Made by a program: the position numbers and the translations under genes. The notes under the pieces were generated by a model, which was not told the origin of the DNA, made no database searches, and worked only from the letters and a program-made list of their open reading frames with translations. 64,000 nucleotides of DNA. It comes from Roseibacillus sp. (GTDB lineage: Bacteria > Verrucomicrobiota > Verrucomicrobiia > Verrucomicrobiales > Akkermansiaceae). Below, piece by piece: positions 47,840 through 57,645 of the stretch (within the stretch, counting starts at the first letter, position 1; each line of letters begins with the position of its first letter). The stretch is taken from contig JBPOGI010000001.1 in the NCBI GenBank assembly GCA_051251855.1, positions 1,184,001-1,248,000 on the forward strand, written 5' to 3'.

Positions 47840-50323
47840 ATGAAGTCACTCCTCTTCCTAGTAGGTTGTATCCTTGTGCCTCTCTCCGAAGCCGCTCCCA
47901 AGCATGCCAGCGTTTCAAAAGGCGTGATGGAACCCTTCCTCAACAAATACTGTATCCAATGTCACGGCCCCGACGAGCAAGAAGGCCAAATCCGCTTCGA
48001 CCTCACTGCTTGGGACATTTCCGACAACGACACCGCCCAACGCTGGCAAGACGTCCTCGACCAACTCAACGGTGGCGATATGCCTCCCTTCGAAGCCGAC
48101 GAGTTTCCCACCGACAAAGAACTCACCACCGTCCTTAATTCCCTCACCCGCTCCGTAAACACCGCCCGCAAACGCCTCACCGATCATGGAGGAGAAATCA
48201 AAATGCGCCGCCTCAATCGTCGCGAATATTCCGCCACCATCGAAGACCTTTTTGGCTTTAAAGTCGACCTCCACGACATTCCCGAGGACGGAGAAATCGC
48301 CACCTTCGACACCGTTGGCGAAGAACAATTCTTCACCTCCGTCCACCTCGAACAATACCTCGAACTCGGACGCGAAGTCGCCAAGAGCGCCTTCCAATAC
48401 AACACTCGCAAACGCGAAAACGTCAAACCAGTACGCTTCGAAGCAGAAAAGGAATACCTCGCAAAAATGCGCGAAGACCTCGCCGAGAAAGACCGCAAAA
48501 AAGCCCTCCTCGACGCCGGGAAAACTTGGAAGGAAGCCGGCTTCAAAGATGAAGGAGAAATGAAAATCCTTCTCAGCCAGTGGGACAGCCGCGCTGAGAT
48601 AGCCCGCAGTTACCTACAATACCCTCATATCGAAACAGGAGTCTACATCAGCTCCCGCACTAAGAACAGTGGTGCTCATCGCCACACCGACATTCGTGCC
48701 GACTATCTCGTTCGTGTCCATGGAGGCTTAGTCGAAAACCCTCCTGAGCTCAGAAAATTCATTCGTGTGATGGGCAATCGCGTCCCCTTGGGCACTCTCA
48801 AGATGGCGGGAACCCCTGAAAAGCCTCAATCCGTCACCTTGCGGGTCCGTCAACCCATGGGTTCCGCCCTCCTCGGTGTTCGCGTCCAGGAAAACACCCC
48901 CAACGACAACACCCGAGGCTACATCAATCAACTGGGTCACTCCCGCGAATACCCCGACCCCCGACCTTCCGTTTGGTTTGACTGGGTCGAAATCGAAGGT
49001 CCCTTTTACCCCAAGCAGCGCCCACTCTTCGAAGACCTCCTCTATCCTGGAATACCCACCGGACAAAATGGCCCCTATCTCAATCACGACGCACCCTCCC
49101 GCGAATTCATTGAGAAATTCGCCACCCTCGTCTTCCGCCGCAAAGCTCCTCAGCCCGCCTATCTAGACGCCCTCCTCGCAACCTTTAAAGAACTTCGAAA
49201 CTCCGGGGAAAGCTACAAACAAGCCATGGCCGAAGTCATCGCCATCGTCCTCTCCTCCCCTAGCTTTCTCTTCATCCAAGAAGCCGAGCCAGCCCAAGAC
49301 CAGCCTCACGAACTCCTCAGCAACCGAGAGCTCGCCATCCGTCTTTCGTACTTCCTCTGGAGCAGTCCTCCCGACGACCAACTTTACCTCGCCGATCTCG
49401 CCAACCCCAAAGTCTACGCCCAACAAGTCGACCGCCTCCTCGCCCACCCCAAGTCCAAAGCCTTTCGCGACGGCTTCATCAATCAATGGACCGACCTCGA
49501 GCGCTATGACGCCATCACCATCGACTACCGCAAGCACATTCACTTCAACCCCGGACTCACTTATGATGCCAAGCGCGAAGTGCGCGAATTCTTTGGCACC
49601 CTCCTCGCCGAGAACCTCCCCGTAGGCAACCTCATCGACTCCGACTTTGCCGTCCTCAACGGCGCCCTCGCCAACCACTACGACCTCCCTTACAAAAACA
49701 CCCGTGACGACTCCTTCCAGAAAGTTAAAATCCCAAAGAAGTCCCACCGTGGCGGCCTGCTCACTCAATCCGCCTTCCTCATCGCCGGTTCCAATGGCGA
49801 ACGCTCCTCCCCCGTCATTCGCGGTGCTCTTATCTTGGAAAAAATCCTCCACGACAAACCCGCCCCTCCTCCACCCAACGTTCCCGAACTCGAAGAAGCC
49901 TCCAAAAAGCCACACTCCAACCGCGAGCTCGTTCTCATGCACCAAAAGCGCCCCACCTGCGCTTCCTGTCACCAGAAAATGGACGTCATTGGATTCGGCC
50001 TCGAAAACTTCGACACCATCGGTCGCTGGCGAGACGCCGAGAAAGTGGGCCGCAAAGACGTCCCCATCCAACCCGGCGGCACCCTTCCTCAAGGAGGCTC
50101 CTTCGAGACCGTGAGCGAACTCAAGCAACTCCTCCTCCAACACGACGACGCCCTCGCCGAGGAACTCACCGAATCCGTCCTCGCCTACGCCCTCGGTCGC
50201 ACCGTCGAATTCTCCGACGGCGACGACGTCGACAAAATCCTCTCCAAGCTCAAAAAGAAGAACTACCCCCTCCGCGACCTCATCCGCGAAGTCGCCCTCA
50301 GCCCGCTCTTCAAGAAGAAGTAA
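47840..50323 (+). CDS. DUF1592/DUF1588-type (PSD/PSCyt) heme-binding protein
   Basis: CIQCH and CASCH heme motifs; RRLNRREY, LAIRLSYFLWSSPPDD, RGGLLTQ, SPVIRG, GFGLENFD. Confidence 0.9.
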   Translation: MKSLLFLVGCILVPLSEAAPKHASVSKGVMEPFLNKYCIQCHGPDEQEGQIRFDLTAWDISDNDTAQRWQDVLDQLNGGDMPPFEADEFPTDKELTTVLNSLTRSVNTARKRLTDHGGEIKMRRLNRREYSATIEDLFGFKVDLHDIPEDGEIATFDTVGEEQFFTSVHLEQYLELGREVAKSAFQYNTRKRENVKPVRFEAEKEYLAKMREDLAEKDRKKALLDAGKTWKEAGFKDEGEMKILLSQWDSRAEIARSYLQYPHIETGVYISSRTKNSGAHRHTDIRADYLVRVHGGLVENPPELRKFIRVMGNRVPLGTLKMAGTPEKPQSVTLRVRQPMGSALLGVRVQENTPNDNTRGYINQLGHSREYPDPRPSVWFDWVEIEGPFYPKQRPLFEDLLYPGIPTGQNGPYLNHDAPSREFIEKFATLVFRRKAPQPAYLDALLATFKELRNSGESYKQAMAEVIAIVLSSPSFLFIQEAEPAQDQPHELLSNRELAIRLSYFLWSSPPDDQLYLADLANPKVYAQQVDRLLAHPKSKAFRDGFINQWTDLERYDAITIDYRKHIHFNPGLTYDAKREVREFFGTLLAENLPVGNLIDSDFAVLNGALANHYDLPYKNTRDDSFQKVKIPKKSHRGGLLTQSAFLIAGSNGERSSPVIRGALILEKILHDKPAPPPPNVPELEEASKKPHSNRELVLMHQKRPTCASCHQKMDVIGFGLENFDTIGRWRDAEKVGRKDVPIQPGGTLPQGGSFETVSELKQLLLQHDDALAEELTESVLAYALGRTVEFSDGDDVDKILSKLKKKNYPLRDLIREVALSPLFKKK

Positions 50324-50387
50324 AGCTTCTCTTTCCAAGGTGAGCCTACTCTAGTGGCTCTGTATTACGTGTCGAGGGTAAGAAATG

Positions 50388-50531
50388 GGAGCGTGGTCTT
50401 TCCAAGCCACCACCTTAAGATAGAGAATGGTGAGGGTAGGCCTGCTCGTTCCCGAATCCGCTGCTCCTATGGTGATTCGTCCGCTCTCCTATGAGCGAAA
50501 TCCACCCCAGCAGCTTAAAAAGCCACGCTCC
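50388..50531. repeat. Inverted pair of REP-like palindromes (REPIN-like)
   Basis: GGAGCGTGGTCTTTCCAAGC (50388-50407) versus reverse complement of 50513-50531, GGAGCGTGGCTTTTTAAGC. Confidence 0.6.
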
Positions 50532-50629
50532 TGAGCCTGCGCCACTTTTCTCGCTATTTGCCTAACACGGTGCGATTCGACTTCAGTCGTCCCCAATCTG
50601 TCCGGCCCTATTCTCCTTTCCCAATCACC

Positions 50630-51955
50630 CTAGGCTCCACCAAGGTTATTGATGGTCTGAAAAATGGCCGAAATCATAGCATAGGCCATCGTCCCGACCA
50701 AAGTCGCCATCAGCAGCAAGACTGCCGGCATCACCATCGCCATCACTTTTTGCAGCGCGGCATCGAGTTCTTTGTCAAAACGCTCAGCAGCACGCCTGAG
50801 CGCTTGGTCAATCTTACCTGTCTGCTCACCCACTGACACCATGTCGATCAACAAGGGCGGAAAAATCTCAGACCGAACCATCGTCGAAGATAGAGAACGA
50901 CCGTCACCCACCATCTCAATCATACCATCCATGCTCTCGCGCAGGTGAATATTCTGGGCCGCATCCCGCGTCAGCTCTAACGAACGCAGCAACGGCAAAC
51001 CGTTACCAACCAAGTTCGCCATCGTTTCCAAAAACTGAACATAGAAGCGCCCTCGAATCACGTTACCGTAGAGCGGAAGCTTCAGCTTAATCCGATCCCA
51101 AGCGGGCTTGTTCCGCTCAGCATCTTTCCACGCCTTAAAGAAAATCAACGCTGCCACCAAAATCAACAACATCACCAACCACCACTGGCGCAAGAAGTCA
51201 CTGCTCCCCACCATAATCCGAATTCCCAATGGCATCTCCGAACCCGGAGCACCTTTCAACAGCCCCGTTAACTGCGGAATGAGCTTGGTAACAAAAATCA
51301 CCGAAACACCGATGCCCGTCGCAATCAGGAATCCGGGATAAATCAACGCCAAGGTAATTCGTCCCCGAAGGTCTTGCAAAGTCTTCAAGTAATGAGCCTG
51401 CCGCTTCAAAATGGTATCCAGCGCTCCACTGGCCTCACCAGCTGCCGCCAAAGAACAATACAGAGGCCCAAAACTAGGACTCACCCTCTTGAGCGCATTC
51501 GAAAAACTTGTTCCATCACGCACCAAAGTCCGAATTCGGCGTGAAACCTCTTTAATATTACCGTCCTCTTCCCGATCTTCCATCGAACGCAAGGCAGGTT
51601 CCAACTGTAAACCCGCAGCAAGCATATCGCTCAATTCTTCCGTGAAGTAAACGACCTCCTTATACTTCATCTTCAGCGGCCCATCTGACTCCTCAGCCTC
51701 CGCCTTCTCCTTCGCGGAAGGCTTGGGAGAAGCTTTCACCAGCCCAGGAGCTTTCTTCTTTTCCTTTGGAGCTCGCTGTCGCGCCGTCTTGTCCTGCTTA
51801 GGAGCTTTTGCGACCACCTTCGCCTCAGCCACCTTCACCGGCTGCAAACCTTTCTTATCGAGTTGGCGCAGCGCTTCCCCACGATCCCCCGCTGTCAGCT
51901 CACCAGTGACAACCGCACCTCCTGCGCCCAATGCTTTGTAGTTAAAAACAGCCAT
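50630..51955 (-). CDS. gspF: Type II secretion/type IV pilus platform protein (GspF/PilC)
   Basis: MAVFNYKA, AGEASGALD, ALIYP, VGEQTGKID. Confidence 0.9.
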   Translation of the reverse strand: MAVFNYKALGAGGAVVTGELTAGDRGEALRQLDKKGLQPVKVAEAKVVAKAPKQDKTARQRAPKEKKKAPGLVKASPKPSAKEKAEAEESDGPLKMKYKEVVYFTEELSDMLAAGLQLEPALRSMEDREEDGNIKEVSRRIRTLVRDGTSFSNALKRVSPSFGPLYCSLAAAGEASGALDTILKRQAHYLKTLQDLRGRITLALIYPGFLIATGIGVSVIFVTKLIPQLTGLLKGAPGSEMPLGIRIMVGSSDFLRQWWLVMLLILVAALIFFKAWKDAERNKPAWDRIKLKLPLYGNVIRGRFYVQFLETMANLVGNGLPLLRSLELTRDAAQNIHLRESMDGMIEMVGDGRSLSSTMVRSEIFPPLLIDMVSVGEQTGKIDQALRRAAERFDKELDAALQKVMAMVMPAVLLLMATLVGTMAYAMISAIFQTINNLGGA

Positions 51956-51975
51956 CTAGTTCACCTTTAAAAAAA

Positions 51976-53682
51976 TCACTTCCCACCCAAATCAACAGCA
52001 GTTGCAGAAACCACTTCTTCAACCGTAGTCATCCCCGTCATCACCTTATACCAACCGTAGTCGCGCATGGGCACATAGCCATCCTTCACTGCTTGCTCTT
52101 TCAGCACATTCCCGTTCGCTCCTTTAATTACCAATTCTTGCATCGGCTCGGTCAGTAGCGCGACCTCGTAAATAGCCAGACGACCCGAGAACCCTGTATT
52201 ACGGCATTTGTCACAACCTTCACCCGCCACATAGGCTTGCCCCTCCAAATTTGGAATCTGGAAGCGTCGCTTCTCCTCATCGGTAATATCAGAAGGAACC
52301 CGGCAGTGCTGACAGAGCTTCCTGACCAGTCGCTGCGCCAAAAAGGCTCTCACCGCCGCGCTCACGAGGAAAGGCTCCACCCCCATATCCACCAACCGGC
52401 TGATTCCACCCAAGGAGTCGTTCGTGTGCAGAGTGCTAAATACTAAGTGCCCAGTCAGCGAAGCCCGAATCGCAATCTCAGCCGTCTCCAAGTCACGGAT
52501 CTCACCAATCATCACAATGTTGGGGTCCGCTCGCAAAATAGAGCGCAGACCGCTCGCAAAGGTGAGCCCAATCTCAGATTTCACCGCAATCTGCATCACG
52601 CCATCCAGCTTATTCTCCACCGGATCCTCCACCGTAACAATACGAGTATCTGAGGTGTTCAGCTCACTGAGGAACGAATAAAGGCTCGTCGATTTACCGG
52701 AACCCGTCGGGCCGGTAATCAAAATAATCCCGTTCGAAAGGTCTAACAACTGACGAATCCGGTCCAAGACAAAGGATTCCATCCCTAGCTTCGCGACATT
52801 GAACTTCTCTTGGTTTAGGAGACGCAAACTAACGCTCTCACCTTCAACCGTAGGCACGGTCGCTACTCGAACGTCAATCGACTGACCTTCCAGCGAAAGG
52901 TTAATCCGTCCATCCTGCGGAAGCCGCTTCTCCGCGATGTCCAGCCGCGACATGATCTTCAAACGAGCAATCACCGAACTCTGCAAAGTCTTGATCTGAT
53001 CCGGCACTGCGACATCGATGAGCCGCCCATCAATACGGTAACGGATGCGGAGAGCACTGGACAAAGGCTCCACATGAATATCAGTCGCACCTTGGTCCAA
53101 AGCCTCGCGCAGAATCTGGTTCACAAACTTGACCACCGAAGCCTCAGTATCGTCATCATCAATGACATTGGCCTCATCCTGAACCTCGAGATTCTCCAGA
53201 TCCATATCGCGACCTTCCAAAATCTGCTCGAAGGTATCCGCACCCACACCATAAAGCCGACGCAAGCCATCATAGACGCGACGACGCGACGCCATTTTCC
53301 AGATAATAGGAATCTCAATCGCCTGCACCGCCGCCTGCTTCGCCAAAAGATTAAATGGGTCGTAAGTCGCCATCACGAGGCTCTCATCCCCTTCGTCTCC
53401 CACAACCTCCACCGGCAGCACCTGATGGCCCAACGCGACCCGAGGGCCACAGACATCCCGCAAATCGAGAGGAGACTCTGGCGCTGGAATCTCAGCCATC
53501 CATTCCATGCCCAGATTGGTCGCCAGGCGCTCCATGTAGGGCTCCTCATCCACCGCGCCGGTATCCAGCACGTCGTCAATCTGAGAGTGCTGACGTTGCT
53601 TCGCTGCGCCAAGGATTTCTTCGACCGCAGCCAAGTCTTCACATCCGATCTCGCGGGCCGGTTCCAAAAGGAGATTTGTCAT
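51976..53682 (-). CDS. gspE: Type II secretion/type IV pilus assembly ATPase (GspE/PulE)
   Basis: LDIAEKRLPQDGR, GPTGSGKST, LRADP...IGEIRD, TGHLVFSTLHTN, CxxC..CxxC. Confidence 0.92.
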   Translation of the reverse strand: MTNLLLEPAREIGCEDLAAVEEILGAAKQRQHSQIDDVLDTGAVDEEPYMERLATNLGMEWMAEIPAPESPLDLRDVCGPRVALGHQVLPVEVVGDEGDESLVMATYDPFNLLAKQAAVQAIEIPIIWKMASRRRVYDGLRRLYGVGADTFEQILEGRDMDLENLEVQDEANVIDDDDTEASVVKFVNQILREALDQGATDIHVEPLSSALRIRYRIDGRLIDVAVPDQIKTLQSSVIARLKIMSRLDIAEKRLPQDGRINLSLEGQSIDVRVATVPTVEGESVSLRLLNQEKFNVAKLGMESFVLDRIRQLLDLSNGIILITGPTGSGKSTSLYSFLSELNTSDTRIVTVEDPVENKLDGVMQIAVKSEIGLTFASGLRSILRADPNIVMIGEIRDLETAEIAIRASLTGHLVFSTLHTNDSLGGISRLVDMGVEPFLVSAAVRAFLAQRLVRKLCQHCRVPSDITDEEKRRFQIPNLEGQAYVAGEGCDKCRNTGFSGRLAIYEVALLTEPMQELVIKGANGNVLKEQAVKDGYVPMRDYGWYKVMTGMTTVEEVVSATAVDLGGK

Positions 53683-53789
53683 CGTAAGATTACATAACCA
53701 GAACGCCGCAAATGGGCCCAACTGTCACCCTTTTTTCAAGTTATGTTGAGTATTTGCAATCCTCGCCAACGAGGCAATCATCCTCAGCC

Positions 53790-54155
53790 ATGAACACACT
53801 GCCTCAAAAAGGAATGATCGCCGCCACCATTCTCATCGCCCTTGGCCTCTTGGGCTACTTCGCCGGCGGAATGGCTAGCCTCACCGCCCTGATCCCGACG
53901 TTTCTCGGGCTCCCGCTTCTCCTGTCATCGCGTTTCGCTAAAAACCCCAAGCGACGAAAACTCTGGATGCATCTCGCTGCTTTCTTGGCCCTACTTGGCT
54001 TCATTGCCCCTCTCGGCCGCATCATCCCCAAACTCGCCCAAGGCGAATTCGAGCTCAACATGGCCACGAGTTCCATGCTCCTCATGATCGTTACCTGCGG
54101 CATCTTTGTCTTCCTCTGCGTGCAATCCTTCCGCGCAGCTCGGAAAACGAAGTAG
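53790..54155 (+). CDS. Small 4-TM membrane protein
   Basis: SLTALIP, WMHLA, VQSFRAARK; hydrophobic helices. Confidence 0.75.
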   Translation: MNTLPQKGMIAATILIALGLLGYFAGGMASLTALIPTFLGLPLLLSSRFAKNPKRRKLWMHLAAFLALLGFIAPLGRIIPKLAQGEFELNMATSSMLLMIVTCGIFVFLCVQSFRAARKTK

Positions 54156-54183
54156 CAGCCACAATAGGCTCATTAGTGCGCAT

Positions 54184-54214
54184 AAAAAAGCAGCGAGAAA
54201 ACTCGCTGCTCTTT
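54184..54214. terminator. Bidirectional terminator between the membrane gene and the tRNA
   Basis: AAAAA-AGCAGCGAG-AAAA-CTCGCTGCT-CTTT. Confidence 0.8.
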
Positions 54215-54280
54215 CCCCCGATGAAAATGTGTTGTTGCTGCAAAAGCCTAAGAAGAACTGAGGCTTTGAAAAACAGGTTA

Positions 54281-54356
<76 letters not shown>

Positions 54357-54432
54357 CTAAAATTACTTCTGCAAAGCGAGGCGCTTTTAGCTCAGGACCA
54401 ACGCTTTTTGCAAGCGAGGTCTTAAACTTGTT

Positions 54433-54657
54433 TTAGGCAGCGATATCGTAGTGCTTCGCGATTTCGCGAAAAATTCGGTCGCGGCGCTCGCGGGCTTTCT
54501 CAACTTCGCGGGTCTTCAGTGAGAAGCGAAGACGCTCGGCAGTGGCGTCGGGTTTGTGGACAGTAAGGTGACACCACCAGATTCCCCGATTGTTCCACAA
54601 GTGGTGGTTGGGGTTATCTTCATTTACTCTAACAGCTAGAACGGTTTTGCGTTTCAT
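54433..54657 (-). CDS. Small basic protein resembling integrase N-terminal DNA-binding domains
   Basis: HHLWNNRGIWW...RLRFSLKTREVEKARERRD. Confidence 0.7.
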   Translation of the reverse strand: MKRKTVLAVRVNEDNPNHHLWNNRGIWWCHLTVHKPDATAERLRFSLKTREVEKARERRDRIFREIAKHYDIAA

Positions 54658-54746
54658 AAGGCAAGCCAAGTTCACGACTTAATGGTGTCATGGGACAACG
54701 TAAAATAGTCTTAAAATTTCAGATTGTTTTAAAAAGTTTTACAAGT

Positions 54747-56273
54747 CTAGGCCTGTTCGAGGGCTGTCTCAAGGGCTTTTAACAAGCCTTCCACATCTTC
54801 CATACCGCACGACAATCGAATCAAATGAGAAGGCACTCCACACCCCGCAGCCCAGTCCAATTCCCCATAGTGAGCCAAGAGTGTATAAGGACAGGCCAAT
54901 GAAAACTCAGTCCCCAAGCTGGGCCCCTTGTTCCACGCTAAAGCATCGTAAACTCGGTTCGCTTTTTTCTCGTTGCGGAGAGTAAAACTCACTAAGCCAC
55001 CGTATCCTCCCGTCTTCCGACGAACAGCATCATAGTTCTCACGATTCCGGTATTTCGGATACCAAATCTGTTCCACAGCCGAGTGTTCACTCAGCATCGC
55101 AGCGACGGCTTCTCCATTACGGTTCACCGTTTTCATACGGCGAGGGAAGCCCTCAGCATTCGTTTTAAGAATGCGAGAATCTGCCGCATAGATACGATTG
55201 TGAGTTGGGTTCGATTCCTCCAAAGACGCTAATAAATTTTCCCTAAAAGCAGAATCCGGATTCACCCGAATGGCTCCTCCAGTCACATCTCCCTTCCCTG
55301 AAATCCATTTGGTGAGACTTGTCGTCACCGCATCTACATAAGGAAACACTTCCACATTGTGATGAGAAGCAACGGTGTCATCTGCAATCACAGGAGTTCG
55401 ACCAGCTTTGGCAGCTTCGGATAAAGCCAGAAGGTTGACCGAGCTCAAAAGCGGATTACTTGGCAACTCGACGAATACGGCAGCAAACTCTCCCGTACGA
55501 ATTCTTGAGAGAGCCTCATCAAAGTGCTCCCCCGAGGCGTCAGGCAGAAAAACAACGCCAGATCCAAAATTCTCCTGCACCTTCAGAGCATCCACGTAAG
55601 GAAAATCAAGCTGCAGAGTCTTCTTCGCCGGAGAGAGTCCTGTGACCGCACGGTGAACCGAGAAAAAGGCAGCCATCCCTGACTCGTAAAGAAAGAGATT
55701 AGAACGAGAACAAACAAACTTTTTGGCCAGAAAGCGATGCAACCCCTCATCCAACCCCGGTTCTTTGTGCAACAGCGTATCCTCAGCCATGCGACTACTC
55801 ACCACCTCCCCACTAAAGCGCCAATAGAGCAACGCTCCCTGGTAGGCCTCCTCATTCACCGCAAGCGCCTGTAACCCCTCGAAACTCGCAATCCGAGACG
55901 CCGAGGAATACCTCTTCTCAACGAATCGTTGAGCACGCTGAGCAGACTCTTTGGTGGGAAAGACCATCACCCGCTCTCCTTTACGACCAATACTCGTCTC
56001 AGCCTCGTCGTTGAGAGCCTTCACGTGAGGGTTCAGAAAGAAGCGGGGGTAACCCGCACGTAGCTTCCGCAACACCTTGTCTCTCTCCTCCTCATACCCA
56101 ATTACACTGTCCCACGTCGGAAGGCAAACCGAGCAGGCATGTGGGGAATCTGGTAAGGGCAAGCCAAGGTCTCCACTTTCCCAAGCGGGCTCGGCGACTA
56201 AGTCTCTCAAGGACTCTATTTCGGAGTGATTTGACCGAAAGAACAAGTCTCTTTCGGTGCTCATTTCCGTCAC
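54747..56273 (-). CDS. PLP-dependent cystathionine gamma-synthase-like enzyme (long, fungal Str2-like form)
   Basis: SGMAA, VELPSNP, ADDT, SLTKW.SG.GD, GYGGLVSF, GPSLG, LIRLSCG.E. Start 56273 or 56264. Confidence 0.85.
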   Translation of the reverse strand: MTEMSTERDLFFRSNHSEIESLRDLVAEPAWESGDLGLPLPDSPHACSVCLPTWDSVIGYEEERDKVLRKLRAGYPRFFLNPHVKALNDEAETSIGRKGERVMVFPTKESAQRAQRFVEKRYSSASRIASFEGLQALAVNEEAYQGALLYWRFSGEVVSSRMAEDTLLHKEPGLDEGLHRFLAKKFVCSRSNLFLYESGMAAFFSVHRAVTGLSPAKKTLQLDFPYVDALKVQENFGSGVVFLPDASGEHFDEALSRIRTGEFAAVFVELPSNPLLSSVNLLALSEAAKAGRTPVIADDTVASHHNVEVFPYVDAVTTSLTKWISGKGDVTGGAIRVNPDSAFRENLLASLEESNPTHNRIYAADSRILKTNAEGFPRRMKTVNRNGEAVAAMLSEHSAVEQIWYPKYRNRENYDAVRRKTGGYGGLVSFTLRNEKKANRVYDALAWNKGPSLGTEFSLACPYTLLAHYGELDWAAGCGVPSHLIRLSCGMEDVEGLLKALETALEQA

Positions 56274-56522
56274 CTTGAATTCTAGCCCTCACGAAAACGC
56301 TCCGCCCAACCTTATGACACGAATCTCTGCCCGTTCCGCGAGAAGAAGCGGCGACTTCAATCCCCCACCTTCACCAGCGCGCTCTCATCCCAAAGCCTCC
56401 TATTTTCCGTAAGTAGCTCACTCGTCAGAGTGGGACACCCTCAGAGAGCTGCCCCCAACACGAAAAAAAGCCTCAGGACAAATATCCCAAGACTTTTCTT
56501 AAAAGAGATTTTCAGCGAAAAC

Positions 56523-56765
56523 TTACGGAAGCAAGTTGACGTTACGCGCTCGCTTGATTTCGCGAGTGATACGGCGGTGCATCTTGGCAGAAACACCTGT
56601 CACTCGGCGAGGGAGAATCTTCCCAGTCTCGCTTGTGAACTTCGCAAGGACTTCAGGATTCAAGTAGCTGACCTTCTCAAGCGGCAAATCAATGCGCTTG
56701 CTAGTCATGCGGCGGTTCGCCTTACGGAACGCAATACGGCGTTCAACTGTTTTCGGTTCGGACAT
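56523..56765 (-). CDS. rpsR: 30S ribosomal protein S18 (no cysteines)
   Basis: SETGKILPRRVTG..AK..R.ITREIKRAR. Confidence 0.95.
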   Translation of the reverse strand: MSEPKTVERRIAFRKANRRMTSKRIDLPLEKVSYLNPEVLAKFTSETGKILPRRVTGVSAKMHRRITREIKRARNVNLLP

Positions 56766-56793
56766 TAGCATAATAAATAGTTTCTAGTAAATG

Positions 56794-56967
56794 TTAGCGC
56801 ATTTCACGGTGCAAAGTCCGGCGCTTAAGGAATGGATTATACTTCATCTTCTCAAGACGACCAGGAGTACGCAGGCTCTTCTTGTTGCGGGTGGAGTTAT
56901 AACGGGAGGTTGGTCTGCCCTCAGCTTTCGCTTCGGTGCACTCAAGAATGATGATATCGCGTGGCAT
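56794..56967 (-). CDS. rpmG: 50S ribosomal protein L33 (57 aa; absent from the ORF track)
   Basis: Hand translation [57 protein letters not shown]. Confidence 0.95.
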   Translation of the reverse strand: MPRDIIILECTEAKAEGRPTSRYNSTRNKKSLRTPGRLEKMKYNPFLKRRTLHREMR

Positions 56968-57000
56968 GGTTCTAATTCGGAAAAGGGGCGGGAGACTAGC

Positions 57001-57645
57001 TCAATCGTCGGACGCGTCAAGAGAAACTGACTTACTACTTTCAGCAAAGGCTCCAAAACCATAATCACCGGGATGAACCCCTCGTGTTCTTTGGTCAGCC
57101 TCCCACTTAGTTTGGTTTCCGATGGTCAGTCTGGCGAAGGGTAAAACTTCCAATCTCTCCTGAGGAATTTTTTCTCCATCCATCTCGTCGAGACCATAAG
57201 AGCCCTCAAGAATTCTTTCCAAAGCCGCCTCTACTTCTTGAAGAGCGTCCTTCTCTTTCGCGAGCATGCTCAAGGCCAAGTCGCGGTCATACGAATCGCT
57301 TCCCGCATCCCCCTGGTGCTGACCATTACCTGCGTCAGACCCTTCCGATGCCGCTTTGATCGCCTCACTTTGAACTCCGTGCAGGGCTTCCATCAAATCA
57401 TCACGCAGATCCAAGAGCTTCTGCTGCTGCTTCTTGATAAACGCCGTCATTTTCACCGGAGCCACTTTTTTCACTGGAGCCGCCTTCTTGGCGACAATTT
57501 CTGACTCATCCTTGACTGCTGGGGCTGCTTTTTTCGCTGCCTTTTTGGCTGGCGCCTTCTTTGCCGCGGGGGCTTTCTTGGCAGCTGTCTTCTTAGTGGC
57601 AGCTTTTTTTGCGGTCGTTTTCTTGGTCGTTTTCTTAGCAGGCAT
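57001..57645 (-). CDS. dksA: DksA/TraR family regulator with Lys/Ala-rich N-terminus and no Cys4 finger
   Basis: HQGDAGSDSYDRD coiled-coil tip; AALERI.EGSYG.D..DGE.IP.ERLE.LPFARLT. Confidence 0.85.
   Translation of the reverse strand: MPAKKTTKKTTAKKAATKKTAAKKAPAAKKAPAKKAAKKAAPAVKDESEIVAKKAAPVKKVAPVKMTAFIKKQQQKLLDLRDDLMEALHGVQSEAIKAASEGSDAGNGQHQGDAGSDSYDRDLALSMLAKEKDALQEVEAALERILEGSYGLDEMDGEKIPQERLEVLPFARLTIGNQTKWEADQRTRGVHPGDYGFGAFAESSKSVSLDASDD

Noticed and set aside
49163..50338. Long antisense ORFs (391 aa here; also 8196-9140, 2309-3022, 61873-62565)
   Set aside because: Shadow frames of genes with strongly biased third codon positions; no motifs, and the sense genes are well supported.
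56400..56445. Hammerhead-like CTGACGA-stem-GGAAA on the minus strand
   Set aside because: There is an extra G before GAAA, and no consistent stem I/III or UH cleavage site could be built.
56274..56460. SAM riboswitch upstream of the cystathionine gamma-synthase-like gene
   Set aside because: No SAM-I core (ATC..GAG, GCAACC, GTGC) or other recognisable aptamer.
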